A DNA stretch of 61,754 bases, the filler included, from Chiloscyllium plagiosum (Eukaryota): NCBI RefSeq assembly GCF_004010195.1. It is 4 parts of one record of this genome, joined end to end, with 100 filler letters (N's around TTAATTAATTAA, not from the genome) between each part and the next. Parts side by side here need not be neighbours in the genome. Positions count along the whole stretch, not along the records: positions 41,579 to 52,106 come from NC_057710.1; positions 52,207 to 61,754 come from NC_057710.1; 2 more parts are not named here. The stretch is one strand, 5' to 3'. Below are positions 41,792-55,192 of the stretch, one piece after another; the first letter of the stretch is position 1, and every line of letters begins with the position of its first letter. The translations under genes were made by a program, and so were the position numbers. The notes beneath the pieces were generated by a model. That model did not search any database. It was given only the letters and a program-made list of their open reading frames with translations, and was not told where the DNA came from.

Positions 41792-43724
41792 ACACTGCTG
41801 GGATAAAGATGTCGGAGTTAGTCATTCAAACAATGGGAGCCTTTGGTGAAGTGGGGCTGTCTGCAGGAAGACACAAACAAGGATGTATCCACTTGCATAT
41901 TTAGACAGTGTCCTATTTCCCATTTGTGGCTATATGTCATGTCCTGTATTATAATTATCCTGGGGCATTTTATTACATTAAAAATGCAATAAAAATATAA
42001 GTTGTAACTGCCTCAAAGGCTAAGCATTCTTGAGGTCCTGTTATCACTGAAATAATTTTGCACAACGGAGCTAAATTCCTGTAAGAAATAACATGGTTCA
42101 ATTAGTTGAATACGAGAATAAATTTATAGTCTGTTCATACCCGAATTGCTATTGTTATTAGAATTGATAGGAATAGTTACTTGGTATTTTTAAAACAAGA
42201 AGTCTTAAGTGCATGATATCTTTTTAGTGCTATTCATGTTTTCACTCCTGAAAGCTCAAAGGATTATATTCCACTGGTAATTACAGTAGCCTCCAGTTTA
42301 TACTGCACCTGCTGTTTTGCTTCCTGAGATTCCATAAGAACTGTCAGCTTCCATTTAGGATATATAGAAGTCTACCTCAGAAAAATAGAGTTACAGAACA
42401 GCAAACCAGTCAAATAATTAAAGATAGTTCTTTTGAACCTTCACCGTTCTGCAGTAATGCTTTGACTTGTTTAAAGTTCCTTGGCCAGATTAAATACTTG
42501 CCATCAGTATGTTATAAATTAATGCAAGCAGTGTGTAATTGAGTGTTCATGAAGGTGGAGGTTTGAAACTAAAATCTGTTAATTGAACTTGAATGGAATT
42601 TTTAAACTATATTGTTATTAACAACCCTGACAATTAGTTTACTGCTATAAATTTGAACATCTGCCATTTTCTAGATCTTTTGTACTGTGCCCATCTGGAC
42701 AGGGTTTTGTTGCATCCCATATCATTGGCATTCATCTTGTTCACTTTTCTGCCTCACTGGCTGTTTTGATCCCTTTGTGCAGTTCTTTAAATCTATCTTA
42801 TATTATTTCACGTCAAGACTAAGGAAAAGTAATTATTTCCATGACACAAGGGGCTTAATTGTTTTAAAAGTGCAAATCATAACCACGGTAATTTTGGTTG
42901 CTGTATTCGTACACAATTTGCTTGGTAATTATAGAGCCATTCATTTCTTCCATTGTTTGTGATTCTAATTTGACTAAATATTTCAGATTCAGCTCACTAA
43001 TTACTGACTTTGTTAATTAATGTCTTTTATAAACCAAATAGGATTGTACTTTGTAGTGGAAGGGAAGATCGTTCCATTTGGAAGATTTGTTGTGGCAATA
43101 ATATGGAATAATAATGTTACCAAACTATAAATCAAGTGATTTGTCATATGGCAAATGTAGTTAAACAACATAAAGTAGGGAATGAAATTGGCAAGTAATT
43201 ATCAAGTAATCTTGTATTTATGGAAAACTGACAGACACTGGAACATTTGTATTAATTTCAGAGTGGTGCTGTAAAACCCTGATTACTGATAGGTTTCTCA
43301 TGCATTATAGACTTTTGGTGGACAGTGACTGCAGGACTCAATTTCCAAAAAATGTTGAAGGTTCACTTAATTAAAATCTAAGAAGAATAATGAAGTTCCT
43401 TGTCTAAACTATTTTGTCAAACCAAAGGTATCAATATACTGAGAGCTCTTGTTCAACATATACTGAACTGCATTTTTGTGGACTTCTTGATAAACCTAAA
43501 ATATCGATTCACACTGAAGCTATTAAATATGGCTTGGGTAAATGTTAACTTACTACAGTGCTGATGTTTTGAAACAGAATTTAGGTATGCTAAAATAATT
43601 ACGATCAACTTTCGCAAATTGAAACCTTGATTAGAACTTTGATTTTTATAGATTCCATCTGAATTGAGTTCCTGCACCAAATCAGAAATTCCCGTTAATG
43701 AATTCACAAAGTAGCTTCACAAAG

Positions 43725-44049
43725 GGGTGGCATGGTGCCTTGCAGCACCAGGGACCCGGGTTCGTTTCCAGTCTTGGGCGACTGTCTGTGTGGAGTGCAC
43801 ATTCTCCCCGTGTCTGTGTGGGTTTCCTCCAGATGCTCCGTTTTGCTCCCACAGTCCAAAGATGTGCAGCATAGGGGAGTTCGCTATGCTAAATTGCCCA
43901 TATTGTTCAGGGATGTGTAGGGTAGGTGTATTAGTTAGGGGTAAATGTAGAGTAATAGGGTAGGAGAATGGGTCTGGGTGGGATACTTTCCAGAGACCTT
44001 TGGGCCAAAGGGCCTGTTTCCACACTGTAGGGATTCTATTCTATTCTAT
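43725..44049 (+). mobile_element. HE1/V-SINE-like element
   Basis: B box ccgggttcgtttcc, V-SINE core, (attct)n tail. Confidence 0.88.
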
Positions 44050-46937
44050 GTCAATGTTGTTGAATAATTACAAGTGAAAAATGTGAACTCCTATAATTTT
44101 TTCCATAATAATATGATTGAGCCATCTGAATTAATTTTGGAGATTCTCTGAAATAATTTAATGCTATGTTTAAAGCTTGCTGTTAAATGTGTAGGGTTCA
44201 AATGAAAAATGTATTAGGCAGTTAGTATATTACAGAAAATAAGTTTGTTCCAGCTGCTGAGGGGATAATTTGTTGAAATGTAAATAGCTCACAGCAAATT
44301 TATTTTTTAAAAAACTGTGTAGAAGCTAATAGCTGTAATTGTCATATTTTATTGACAGTTGTTTATTTGAAAATTTTTTAACATTATATTTGAAAGATTT
44401 GTTATGAAAAGTGACCAAACTAGGTCTTGTGAAAGTGTTTTTGATTGTATTCCTCAAAGATACAGTACTGATGGACATTTTGACTGGCATATCAAACTAT
44501 TTCACTAATCATAATGACCAGGCCCTTTAAGGTAAATGATTTGCCTTTTATTTGTAAAAAGGAGTTGAGATGCAACAAATATTCATTGAAATATTCATTG
44601 AAAAGTTGCATGCTGGCCTCCGAATCACTGAAGTATCATCAAGAGGAGTTCTGTGTTTGATTTAACAAAACTGGAAAAAAAATGTAATCAATCGCCACCT
44701 GAAATTTAAGTCTATTGTGGCAATATTTTCCGGTACAGATATTTAACTAAAGTCAGTTAAATGAAGGCTCCACGTAGAGGCAATCTGATTCTCAAATGGG
44801 GAATTGAAGCCATTCTTAAATAAAGCCTCATTGATGTAAAAGGGAAGGGAGTTCTGTTTGGTGTGATGACAGTAAAGGAGTGCTTGTTGGGATTTACTGT
44901 GATTGTATTCTGCTCTGTGTTTGAAAATCTTCAAATTTGTGTTACATGCAAATAGTTTTATTCATTCTATTCCACCTTCATTTATTTTGTGTAAGAAGCT
45001 TGTTTTATTGTTAAACCTGAATCTGCAGCATTGTAAGTCTCTTTGTGAAAGACAAACTCTCAATAAATCCAAAAATAAATCTATCAAGCCAAATTTCAGT
45101 CTGAAATCTGACTTGTCCAGTACCACCAACTATTAAGAGCCTATAAGCACCCCCCACCCCAAACCTACCCCTATCTCCACCCAAAAGTATCTGCTGTGGA
45201 GCCTTCACTATCCCCTTGGCATTAGTGAAGTGGTGCTGACTGAGGCCGGGACCACTGAAGCCACTGGACCCAGTAGTAAGCATTGTAATCACAGCCCTCT
45301 CCTGCCCCTGGTGATAAGCTCTGTAATATTAAAACTTCTAAAAACATTGCAATCTCGTTTATATCAAATAACATAAATCTAAAAATTCTGAGAATCATTG
45401 TATTCTATTGACATATTCTTTCCAGGTATAAGACTAAATATCTCACTTGGTAAGGCAGTGCCATTACTGGTCTCTGATGTCAGCTGTGAAGCAAATGGTC
45501 ACTCATCTGTAACTCCTCACTGTAGATACAATCAGTGATTTTCACTCTTGTGAACCCATTTCCATCCACATCATTGCTTTTAAATAATTTGTGCTAGTGC
45601 AAGTGTTGTTATGGGAAAAATATTTATAGCTTCTGTGTGATTTTTAACTTTGTATGCTCCAATCCAACACCGGCACCTTCAAATCATTAGCCTGAGAATC
45701 TTTCTACTGCTAGTCTTATTCTGAGGGTTAGTTGGTTAATTTATCTTTATGTAGCAAGAGACTGAGGAGAAATGCGACATTGCCAATCATTATAGGCAGT
45801 ATATTGTAAACAAAGCCCTGTTTCAAGAAAGAAATGGCAAAACAGATACAACAGCTCTAGATCCATGAACCTTACCAGCTACTCTAATGTGATTCTTTCA
45901 GAATAACTTTTAGATTTCTTCGTGTGATTCTCTTGTAGACAACAACCAGCTTTAATTCTGAAGAGGATCATTCTGTTTAAACGACCTCTTTGATTTTTTT
46001 GGAGGAAGTGAAATCCCTTCAATCTGATGTAGCTAGATTGCCACAAAACATTTATGCAAGTTGTACATGAAAGGATTTTGTAGCAATTAAGCTCTAAGGT
46101 GTGTGGATTTGTGGCAAATCATTAAAAAAAAGATAGTTGGCTGGACTACATCAAGCAATAGGCAAACACTTAGAGAAGTTATTTCAAATTGTTTTGGACA
46201 AAATGGAGTTTATACACAATAGGGCATAGGAGGCCAACAAAGAGTGCATTGGATTAGTTGAATCTGAAGGTTACAAAGATATGCAGAAAGATTTCAATAA
46301 CAGCAGAATTAAACTGGGAGAGTGAGGTGGAGATCAGCGGAATAGCAGGTGTGCAAGCAAGTCCTCTTGGTCACTGAGGATCTAGGCTTTACACCATTCT
46401 TCAGGATTAACAGGTGCTGAGACTGAATAGTCTGATACAGCATGAAGGAGTCATTTGTCCCAGAGAGAGAAAGAGAGAATTTGATAGGGTTAATGTTGAC
46501 CCACAGTAATTGTGACTCATCTAAGACTGTATGTTGGACAGGCATTCTGTTACCACAAAGCCATTCCAGGGGTTGCAGTGAGTAATGGAGAAAAAGCAGG
46601 TTATCCAACCACTGAAGTGGTGATATCCGAATTAAATGACTGACTAACCATAGGTATAACTTAAACAACACCATTTTAGTTACATGTGGCAGTGGTGTAA
46701 ACTCTCTTCCAAAACAGCAGTAGATACTAGATGAGTTGTTAATTTTAAAGCTGAAAGAGAGAGAATCTTTTTGATAAGCAAAAGTATTGAGGCCACAGTT
46801 CAACCATGATCTCATTGAATGGTGAAATGGATTCAAGGGGCTGAATGGCCTCCTCTTGTTCCTTATCACTGAGAATGTTGACTGAAATAATGAGATATGC
46901 CAGAGCTACATTTGCTCTCACTTTATGATAGGTCATC

Positions 46938-47265
46938 GTCATAGAATCTCTACAGCGTGAAAGCAGGCCATTTGGCTCATCCACACTGATACTCCAAAAA
47001 GTATCCCATCCAGACCTATTCCTCGACTCTATATTTACCTCTGACTAATGCATCTAACCTACATATCCGTGAACACTATTGACAATTTAGCATGGCCAAT
47101 TCACCTAATCTGCAAATCTTTGGATTGTGAGATGAACCCAGTACACCCAGAAGAAACCACCAGAGACATTGGGAGAATGTGCAAATTCCACACAGTCCGA
47201 GGCTGGAATTGAACCCGGTTCCGTGGTGCTATGAAGCAGCAATGCTAACCACTGAGGCACCGTGT
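46938..47265 (-). mobile_element. HE1/V-SINE-like element
   Basis: Reverse strand shows cacggtgcctcagtggttagcattgctgc...ccgggttcaattcc. Confidence 0.82.
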
Positions 47266-47339
47266 CAGGGCTTGCTTATTTCATCATTCTGAACTGAAGC
47301 ACCTATTTGGTTCAGCTGACCAAGCCAGTTGCTCCCTTC

Positions 47340-48660
47340 GCTGTAGATTATTAAAGTTGTTATAGCAGGACAATTGTGAAAGTCCAAGGTAATCAGGTAG
47401 CATCAACATGGTTTTGTGAAAGCAAATCATGTTTATAAGCTCATGGTATTGGGGTAACATATTAGCATTGAATGACAACTGACGGAAGACAGAGTAGGCT
47501 TGAATGAGCCATTTTCTGGTTGGCAAGATGTAACGGGTCATGTGTCATAAGCATCAGTATTGAGGCCTCAGTGTTGTACAAATTATCTGAATGACTTGGA
47601 TGAAGGGACTGATTGATGTGGTTAGTAAGTATACTGATGACACAGAAATATAAGTAAGTAACCTAGAGGTCACAAGGCTGCAAAAAGATATTGATCAATT
47701 TGGTAAGTGAGCAAAGGTCAAGCAATTGAAGTGTAAGGTGGGAAGATGTGAATTGTTTACTCTGGCAGGAAGAATAAAAAAAGCATGAGAGATTACTGAA
47801 CTCTGAGATGAAGAGGGATCTGATGTCTGAGTGCATGATTTGCGAAAGGTCAGTCATGGAAGTACAGCACATAATTAAAAAACCTAATAGAATGTTGTCA
47901 TTCATTATGTGGGGAATTAAATACAAAAACAGGGAGGTTATGTTTCAGGGCACTGATGAGATCACACCTGGAGTATTGTGTGCAGCACTGGCCTCCTTAT
48001 TTAAGGAAGGATTTGAGTTCAGTGAAAGCAGTTCAGAGAAGGTTTATTTGACTAATGTTTGGAATGAGTGGATTGTGTTATCATAGAATCATAGAATTCC
48101 GACAGTGTGGAAGGAGGCCATTCAGCCCATCGAATCTCCTCCAACCCCACAAAGAGCATCCCACTCAGACCCAGCCCTCTACCATATCCTGTAACCCCAC
48201 ATTTACCGTGGTTAACCCACCTAGCCTACACTCCCCTGAACACTTTGGACTGTGCTGCCCCTCTTGAGGAAAGTTTGGATGAGCTCAGTGGTTTCCATGA
48301 GTTTAGCAGAATAAGAGGTAAATTCATTGGAACATACGAGATATTGAGAGGTTTGTTAGGACACATCTGGGGCGAATGCTTCCTGTTATGAGAGAATCTA
48401 GACCCAGGGGCCATTGTTTCAAAATAAGGTATTGACATTTATGACTGGTGTGGAGAAATAACTCACTGAAAGTTGATAGACTTTGGAACGCTTGTCCTCC
48501 TTTTTTTAAAATGTCTTTAAGGCAGAGGTAGGTAGATTCTTGATGAACAAGGAGCTGAATGGCAATCAAGGATAGGAAAGAATGTGGAACTGTGTTTGCA
48601 GTCAAATCAGCGATGAATTTATTCAGTGGTGGAACAGGCTGGAGGGGTGGGGTGGCTTAA
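47340..48660 (+). mobile_element. Decayed CR1 RT/3' region interrupted by a SINE fragment (~48080-48252, minus)
   Basis: aagtatactgatgacacag (KFADDT-like), NRMLSFIMWGIKYKNREVM and a CR1 3' tail. Confidence 0.72.
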
Positions 48661-51600
48661 ACCTGGCAATCTGAAGTTTAAACTTCTTCAGGAGTGCACA
48701 TTGGAACTATTTCTTCAGTGACTTGATGAGCATCAGTACCTTGCATTCAATCTTTTGTCACTCCCCATAGTGGAAGATAGGGTTGAAGCCTGGAGGTTTT
48801 ACCCTAAGTTACATACCAATTTAGCAGACAATCAGTAAGTGGCAACCAAGAATGAAAAGCATGCTTAATCATTTAAAAAAGATACATTCACTCTGCTTTT
48901 CATCTTACCAACAAATGCCCTGAAGGCTAAACTGTACACAGACGTGCTGCAACATTATCAAGGTTCTGTGCATGTTGAATGTATCCATTATTACTTATTG
49001 TTTACAAATTAAAAAGTTTACTTAGCCACATCTGAAGTCCCAGTTAGCCACAATGTTAGCTGCTAAAGTACAGCAAACCACTGCTTAAACCGATTTGTGG
49101 TTTGTTTGGCAAAAGTGGGTGAGCGCTGGATTTGCAGGTCCTTGTTTGTTTGAGGTTTGGCAGCTATATTCTCTAAATCATCGCCAATTCCAAGCACAAC
49201 TGTTAGTCACACTCCTATTAGTTGGTATAAGATTCCTGTGTGAAAACTATACTTAAACTCATGTTTGAGAAATATCTGAAGAATATAAATCCTTGTTTAG
49301 CCTAAAAATATTTGAGAGATTTAGGTAGGTACTGTTGTGCTTTGATTTTTCATCGCTGAGGAGGAGAAAATTAATTTTATGGTCAAGAAGTGGAATATAT
49401 ATTTGCCTGTAAGCAATCCACATTCTGTTGGGGCCACATAATTAATCTTCTCTCCCGCGAGCTACTGGTTAGTTTCTGCAGGGAGACCTGAGTTTGTCTC
49501 AAGGATACCACACATTCCAAGCATTGCAGGATGTAACTTGGCCCGGTTTGCTGAAAAATGGCAGTTCCAGTAACTTAACAGGAGTGATGAGGTTGCATTT
49601 TTTTAACACATTATTACAGTTGCAATAGTCTCTGGAAAGATCTTAATTAAATTATCCTAAAAATCTTAACTCATTGCATTACCAAAACATGAAAAAATTG
49701 TAATCCAAGATAATATAATTCTTCTAGCTTTATTCCTGCTAGTGCATCAATCAGTTGTTGCTATAATTGGACTTCACTAGCGATATTAAACAGTGTGGCC
49801 CCTAAGGTAGTCATTGTAGCTGCTATATTTAAATGTTCAGCAATGAATTATAAAACAGCTTCATAATTAGAGTGTGATGTGATTTCAGCAGTGGTCCCAG
49901 AATGCTTGGGAATTGTATGCCAATATTTCTTTTAATTTGGTTGAGGAAGCGAACTTCTTTTCCCCTCAACAGCTGATGCCGCAAACCATTTGATCTATGT
50001 CAAATTATGAAATATGCTTACCTTTTTATTTCTATAATTAGAAAAAAAATGCCCCCCTTTTGTCCTGGACCTTTTTAATTGGAGGGGTGAGTGTATGTGT
50101 GTGGTGTTGGGCCTGGATGGTGGCAGAGTTGCCTAGAGGAGGACAGATGAGATGCAAGTTTCAGGGCATCATGTATTCTTAGCAGCCCCATACTTCATGT
50201 ATTAGCCAAATGGAAATGTTGACAGGCTGTTCACTGTGGAGTCAATTTATAGCTGCCCAGTCGTGACATGACTTGCCAGGCTCTAATTTTCTGTCTGCTT
50301 ATGGACACTCCCCAGCAGTGAGTCACTGAATGGCGCTTGGGAGTAGAAACCGGTTTATTTGTCCCCACAGACTAATTTAAATGTTGCAACTGGTTGCACG
50401 ACTGGGCCAATACATTCCAAATTTTCTACATCATATGCACAGGACAGGTGTAATATTAAAATGGCTATTGGCCCTGAAAAGACCTCCTGGGATCTGTGCA
50501 GGGGTGGGAGAACATTTGCAGGGAGATGATGTTGGACCATGGGTGGTGGGATTGGGTCAGTGATGGGGGCAGGGATCAAAGGAGCTTTTCCTGATCTCGC
50601 TCCCCCCCTCCCACTCCCCACCTGCACCCCCAATGTATTCACATCCTGGCTTCCTCTTTTACCCTGCCCCCACTCCTCCAGTTTTCTCCAGTGTCCTGAT
50701 CTTAACTGACTCCTCTTATTGCCTATTAACCAAGCAGCCCTGCACTCTGCGCCAACACGGCTATAGCTGAGGTATAGGTACCATTGTACCTGTGTTCTGC
50801 ATCAGTCGAGATTGCATAATGATGGCAAAAGCCATCTTTGCCATGGGTAGCTCTTATCCCCCAGAAGCCAGCCTTGTATGGCTCCTGGACCCTTAAATGT
50901 ACCAGTTACATGAGGGTGCACCAGGCTGTCGGAGTCATGACAGTCACTACACCCTTCTCGAGCAACTAGGGACGGTCTAGAAGTGCTGGGCCAGCAACAT
51001 CCATATCCCATGAGTTAATAAAAAATGTGCTGGGATAGTGGATAAGCATGTCCAGGAAGTGGTAACTAATCACCGATCATTATTTGGCATTAATTGAATG
51101 GACCCCTTTCATGTCGATGAATTGCGATGAACTTATGTTGTGGTTTGGTCCTGTTAGTGCCATGTGTCTGCAGTTGCCATCTTGGAAATGGAGTTGGGAT
51201 GAGATGCATTCTGTGGGGTCTTGTCCTCCAAACTTGTCCTGGATTGGGTGCTCCTTGTCATTTAATGTGGCCTGCTGCTGCCCTTGTGGTTGCTGATGGC
51301 CTCCTTGGTCCTCCTACACCTAGCATCACTACCTTTAGCTGACAGTCGTGGCTAGGCATGGACACTTGGAGCAAACGAGCAGCTCAGAACTGTAACCTGG
51401 CCCAGTTCATGAGCTTGGGTGCCTGCCTGACTCTGTGCACAAAGTGTCCTCGCAGCAGCTTTTCAATGCTAGTTGTCAGTGTGCACTGAGAATTCACAAG
51501 ATCGAGTTGCTCCTGGTAGATGGTTGAATAGGAGGCTGCATTTTAATGAAGCCCCTTTAATAGGCAATGTGCTCTCCCTAGCAAGAATCCAGCCTTGACA

Positions 51601-52106
51601 TCCAGAATTGCTCCCAAAGACAATGTAGGCTTTGCTGGACTTCTTGCATAATTCTGCCATATTTTGCACCATAGTCCACATTGTTCATGACCCTATAAAA
51701 GTATGCCCTAGTGTTGCTTTTCAGTTTATTCTTTCTATGTCATTTATTCTAAATGAGAATATACTGTGGTGTGAAAATATCCCTTGGGTTTCACAAAATA
51801 TGCTAATTGGCCGACACTTTTTGACTTTAGGCGCAGTTAGAAGTGCTTATGTGATTTTGGTGTGAGTTTTTAAATGATTTTTCTTCCTGGGTTTCATCAA
51901 CTGAGTTGGTTGGATAATTGGCCGACACTTTTTGACTTTAGGTGCAGTTAGAAGTGCTTATGTGATTTTGGTGTGAGTTTTTAAATGATTTTTCTTCCTG
52001 GGTTTCATCAACTGAGTTGGTTGGATATGACTGTGTGGAGTTTGCACATTCTCCCCGTGTCTGCGTGGGTTTCCTCCGGGTGCTCCGGTTTCCTCCCACA
52101 GTCCAA

Positions 52107-52206
52107 NNNNNNNNNNNNNNNNNNNNNNNNNNNNNNNNNNNNNNNNNNNNTTAATTAATTAANNNNNNNNNNNNNNNNNNNNNNNNNNNNNNNNNNNNNN
52201 NNNNNN
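52107..52206. other. Artificial contig linker (44N + TTAATTAATTAA + 44N)
   Basis: Identical structure to the other two linkers. Confidence 0.95.
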
Positions 52207-54008
52207 ACTCTCAGTCTGGTGTGGCAAACCCTCAGCCTGGTGTGGCAGACCCTCAGTCTGGTGTGGTGAACTTTCAGCCGGTGTGGTGAACTCTCAGCCT
52301 GGTGTGGCATACCCTCACCCTGGTGTGGTGAACTCTCAGCCTGGTGTGGCAGACCCTCAGCCTGGTGTGGCAGACCCTCAGTCTGGTGTGGTGAACTTTC
52401 AGCCGGTGTGGTGAACTCTCAGCCTGGTGTGGCATACCCTCACCCTGGTGTGGTGAACTCTCAGCCTTGCATGACGGACCTTCACCCTGGTGTGGCAGAC
52501 CCTCAGCCTGGTGTGGTGAACTCTCAGCCTGGTGTGATGAACTCTCAGCCTGGTGTGGCAGACCCACAGCCTGGTGTGATGAACTCTCAGCCTGGCGTGG
52601 CAGACCCTCAGCCTGGTGTGGCAGACACTCAGCCTGGTGTGGCGAACTCTCAGCCTAGTGTGGTGGACACTCAGCCTGGTGTGGCAGACCCTCAGCCTAG
52701 TGTGGTGAACTCTCAGCCTGGTGTGATGAACTCTCAGCCTGATGTGGCGGACCATCAGCCTGGTGTGGCGACCCTCAGCCAGGTGTGGTGAACTCTCAGC
52801 CTGGCGTGGCGGACTCTCAGCCTGGTGTGGCAGACCCTCAGCCTGGTGTGGTGAACTCTCAGCCTGGCGTGGTGGACTCTCAGCCTGGTGTGGCAGACCC
52901 TCAGCCTGGTGTGGCAGACCCTCAGCCTGGTGTGGTGAACTCTCACGATTGCCTTTGCCTGAAAAGTCGATTTTGCTGCTCCTTGGATGCTACCTGAACT
53001 GCTGTGCTCTTCCAGCACCACTAATCCACTCAGCCTCGTGTGGCAGACCCTCACCCTGGTGTGGCGGACCCTCGCCCCGGCATGGCGGACGTTCACCATG
53101 GCATGGCAGACCCTCAGCCTGGTGTGGCGGACCCTCACCCTGGTATAGAGAACTCTCAGCTGGTGTGGCAGACCCTCACCCTGGTGTGGCAGATCCTTAC
53201 CCTGGTGTGGCGGACCCTCAGCCTGGTGTGGCAGACCCTCAGCCTGGTGTGGTGAACTCTCAGCCTGGTGTGGTGGAGCCTCAGCCTGGTGTGGTGAACT
53301 CTCAGCCTGGTGTGGCGGACAGTCAACCTGGTGTGGCAGACCCTCACCCTGGTGTGGTGGACCCTCAGCCTGGTGTGGTGAATTCTCAGCCTTGCGTGGC
53401 GGACCCTCACCCTGGTGTGGCGGACCCTCGCCCCGGCATGGCGGACGTTCACCATGGCATGGCAGACCCTCAGCCCTCAGCCTGGTGTGGTGAACTCTCA
53501 GCCTGGTGTGATGAACTATCAGCCTGGTGTGGCGGACCCTCAGCCTGGTGTGGTGAATTCTCAGCCTGGTGTGGTGAACTCTCAGCCTGGCGTGGCGAAC
53601 TCTCAGCCTGGCATGGTGTACCGTCAACCTGGTGTGGCGGACCATCAGCCTGGTGTGGCGGACCCTCAGCCTGGTGTGGGGAACTCTCAGCCTGGTGTGG
53701 CGGACTCTCAGCCTGGCGTGGCAGACCCTCAGCCTGGTGTGGTGAACTCTCAGCCTGGCGTGGTGTACCGTCAGCCTGGCGTGGCAGACTCTCAGCCTGG
53801 TGTGGTGAACTCTCAGCCTGGTGTGATGAACTATCAGCCTGGTGTGGCGGACCCTCACCCTGGTGTGGTGGACCCTCAGCCTGGTTTGGTGGACCCTCAG
53901 CCTGGTGTGGTGGACCCTCAACCTGGTGTGGCAGACCCTCAACCTGGTGTGGCGGACCCTCACCCTGGTGTGGTGGACCCTCACCCTGGTGTGGCGGACC
54001 CTCAGCCA
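52207..54008. repeat. 21-bp minisatellite, about 80 units, with two main variants (cctggtgtggcagaccctcag / cctggtgtggtgaactctcag)
   Basis: Directly visible periodicity; yields stop-poor heptad ORFs on both strands; left end lost in the linker; interrupted at ~52946-53029. Confidence 0.97.
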
Positions 54009-54994
54009 GCATGGCTTCAGCATGGACTTCTGGTTTCAAGGTGGTTCCTCTAAGTCCCGTCCCATTGTGGCTAAGCACTTGAGAAAGAATGTAATGTTTT
54101 AACTTTCGGCTTTATTTCTTTATTTTGTATTTAACAGTATGAAGGTGTCACTGTTTTATAATTATTGCAATTTTTAACTTTTAGCTTTGTTCTTTCCTTC
54201 TACCTTGTACTTAAGATTCTGTACCTCGGTACCTGTACCTAAGATGGTACCTTGTGCAGCGATATTATACACTTTTCATTTTACTTCTGCACTATTGTAC
54301 TTGAGGAGGCGTGACAATGAACATAAAATCAAAACAAGTTTTGAATCTCAATGATTCTGATCCTCATAAATGCAATATTCACCATCTCTTCAGCTTCTGA
54401 TGATTTAAATCATGTTAATCCTATTGTGAGTTATGGGTGTCTGTCCATAAAGGCACAGAGTCTTCCTGGAAACTAAATGTATCCCACATCAGGATAGACC
54501 ATCATTTTAATTCATTGTGCTTAACACTCACTATTGGGTGAGGTAAATTATGAAATCTCTGTCCTGAAAGAATTTGAGTCATGATAAATCCTTAATGTTT
54601 GTACAAATAGTTTGGAAATAATTACTCACCTAATAGATTCCTATCTTTTTGGGAGTGTTGCTATGTGTTCTTCTTCCTCCTCATCCTACACGCGCACATA
54701 TTTTTCTGCTGACTTCACCATTTAACTTTGAAAACCACCAAACTAGGTTATTGCAGATGTATAGACTAACTTTTCTTGCTGTTGCAGTCTTCAGCAACAA
54801 ATTAGAATTATCCATCTTTTATAATTATTGCATCATTGAAATGGAAGAATATAACATTAGGGGGCAGTTACATACAGGATCTTACTGTAAAAAAATTCAG
54901 AGATTCGGACTTTTAGCATGTGCCAACTTTTGTGCTGATACCTGGCAGCTGAGCAGCTTAGTTGGTCTTACTGAAGGGCAGCTAATTAATGATG

Positions 54995-55192
54995 CTGAAA
55001 ATGTGTTGCTGGAAAAGCACAGCAGGTCAGGCAGCATCCAGGGAACAGGAGAATCGACGTTTCGGGCATAAGCCCTTCTTCAGGAATCGAAACGTCGATT
55101 CTCCTGTTCCCTGGATGCTGCCTGACCTGCTGCGCTTTTCCAGCAACACATCTTCAGCTCTGATCTCCAGCATCTGCAGTCCTCACTTTCTC
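54995..55192. mobile_element. Young fold-back Penelope-like insertion with a 16-bp TSD
   Basis: About 70-bp near-perfect inverted arms; cagctaattaatgatg at 54979-54994 and 55193-55208. Confidence 0.85.
55051..55087 (-). ncRNA. Minimal type I hammerhead ribozyme motif (intact core)
   Basis: Minus strand reads AUUC-CUGAAGA-A-GGGC-UUAU-GCCC-GAAAC-GUC-GAUUC: both catalytic boxes, a 4-bp stem II, palindromic ACGU in place of stem III, and a GUC cleavage triplet. Confidence 0.7.

Noticed and set aside
51804..52025. 111-bp tandem duplication as a functional repeat
   Set aside because: Two copies with one mismatch beside a contig end; probably allelic overlap or a trivial duplication.
52207..54008. 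CRISPR-like array or a 200-446-aa protein gene
   Set aside because: Units are contiguous with no unique spacers, and the DNA is vertebrate. The long ORFs appear in several frames on both strands simply because the 21-mer lacks stops.
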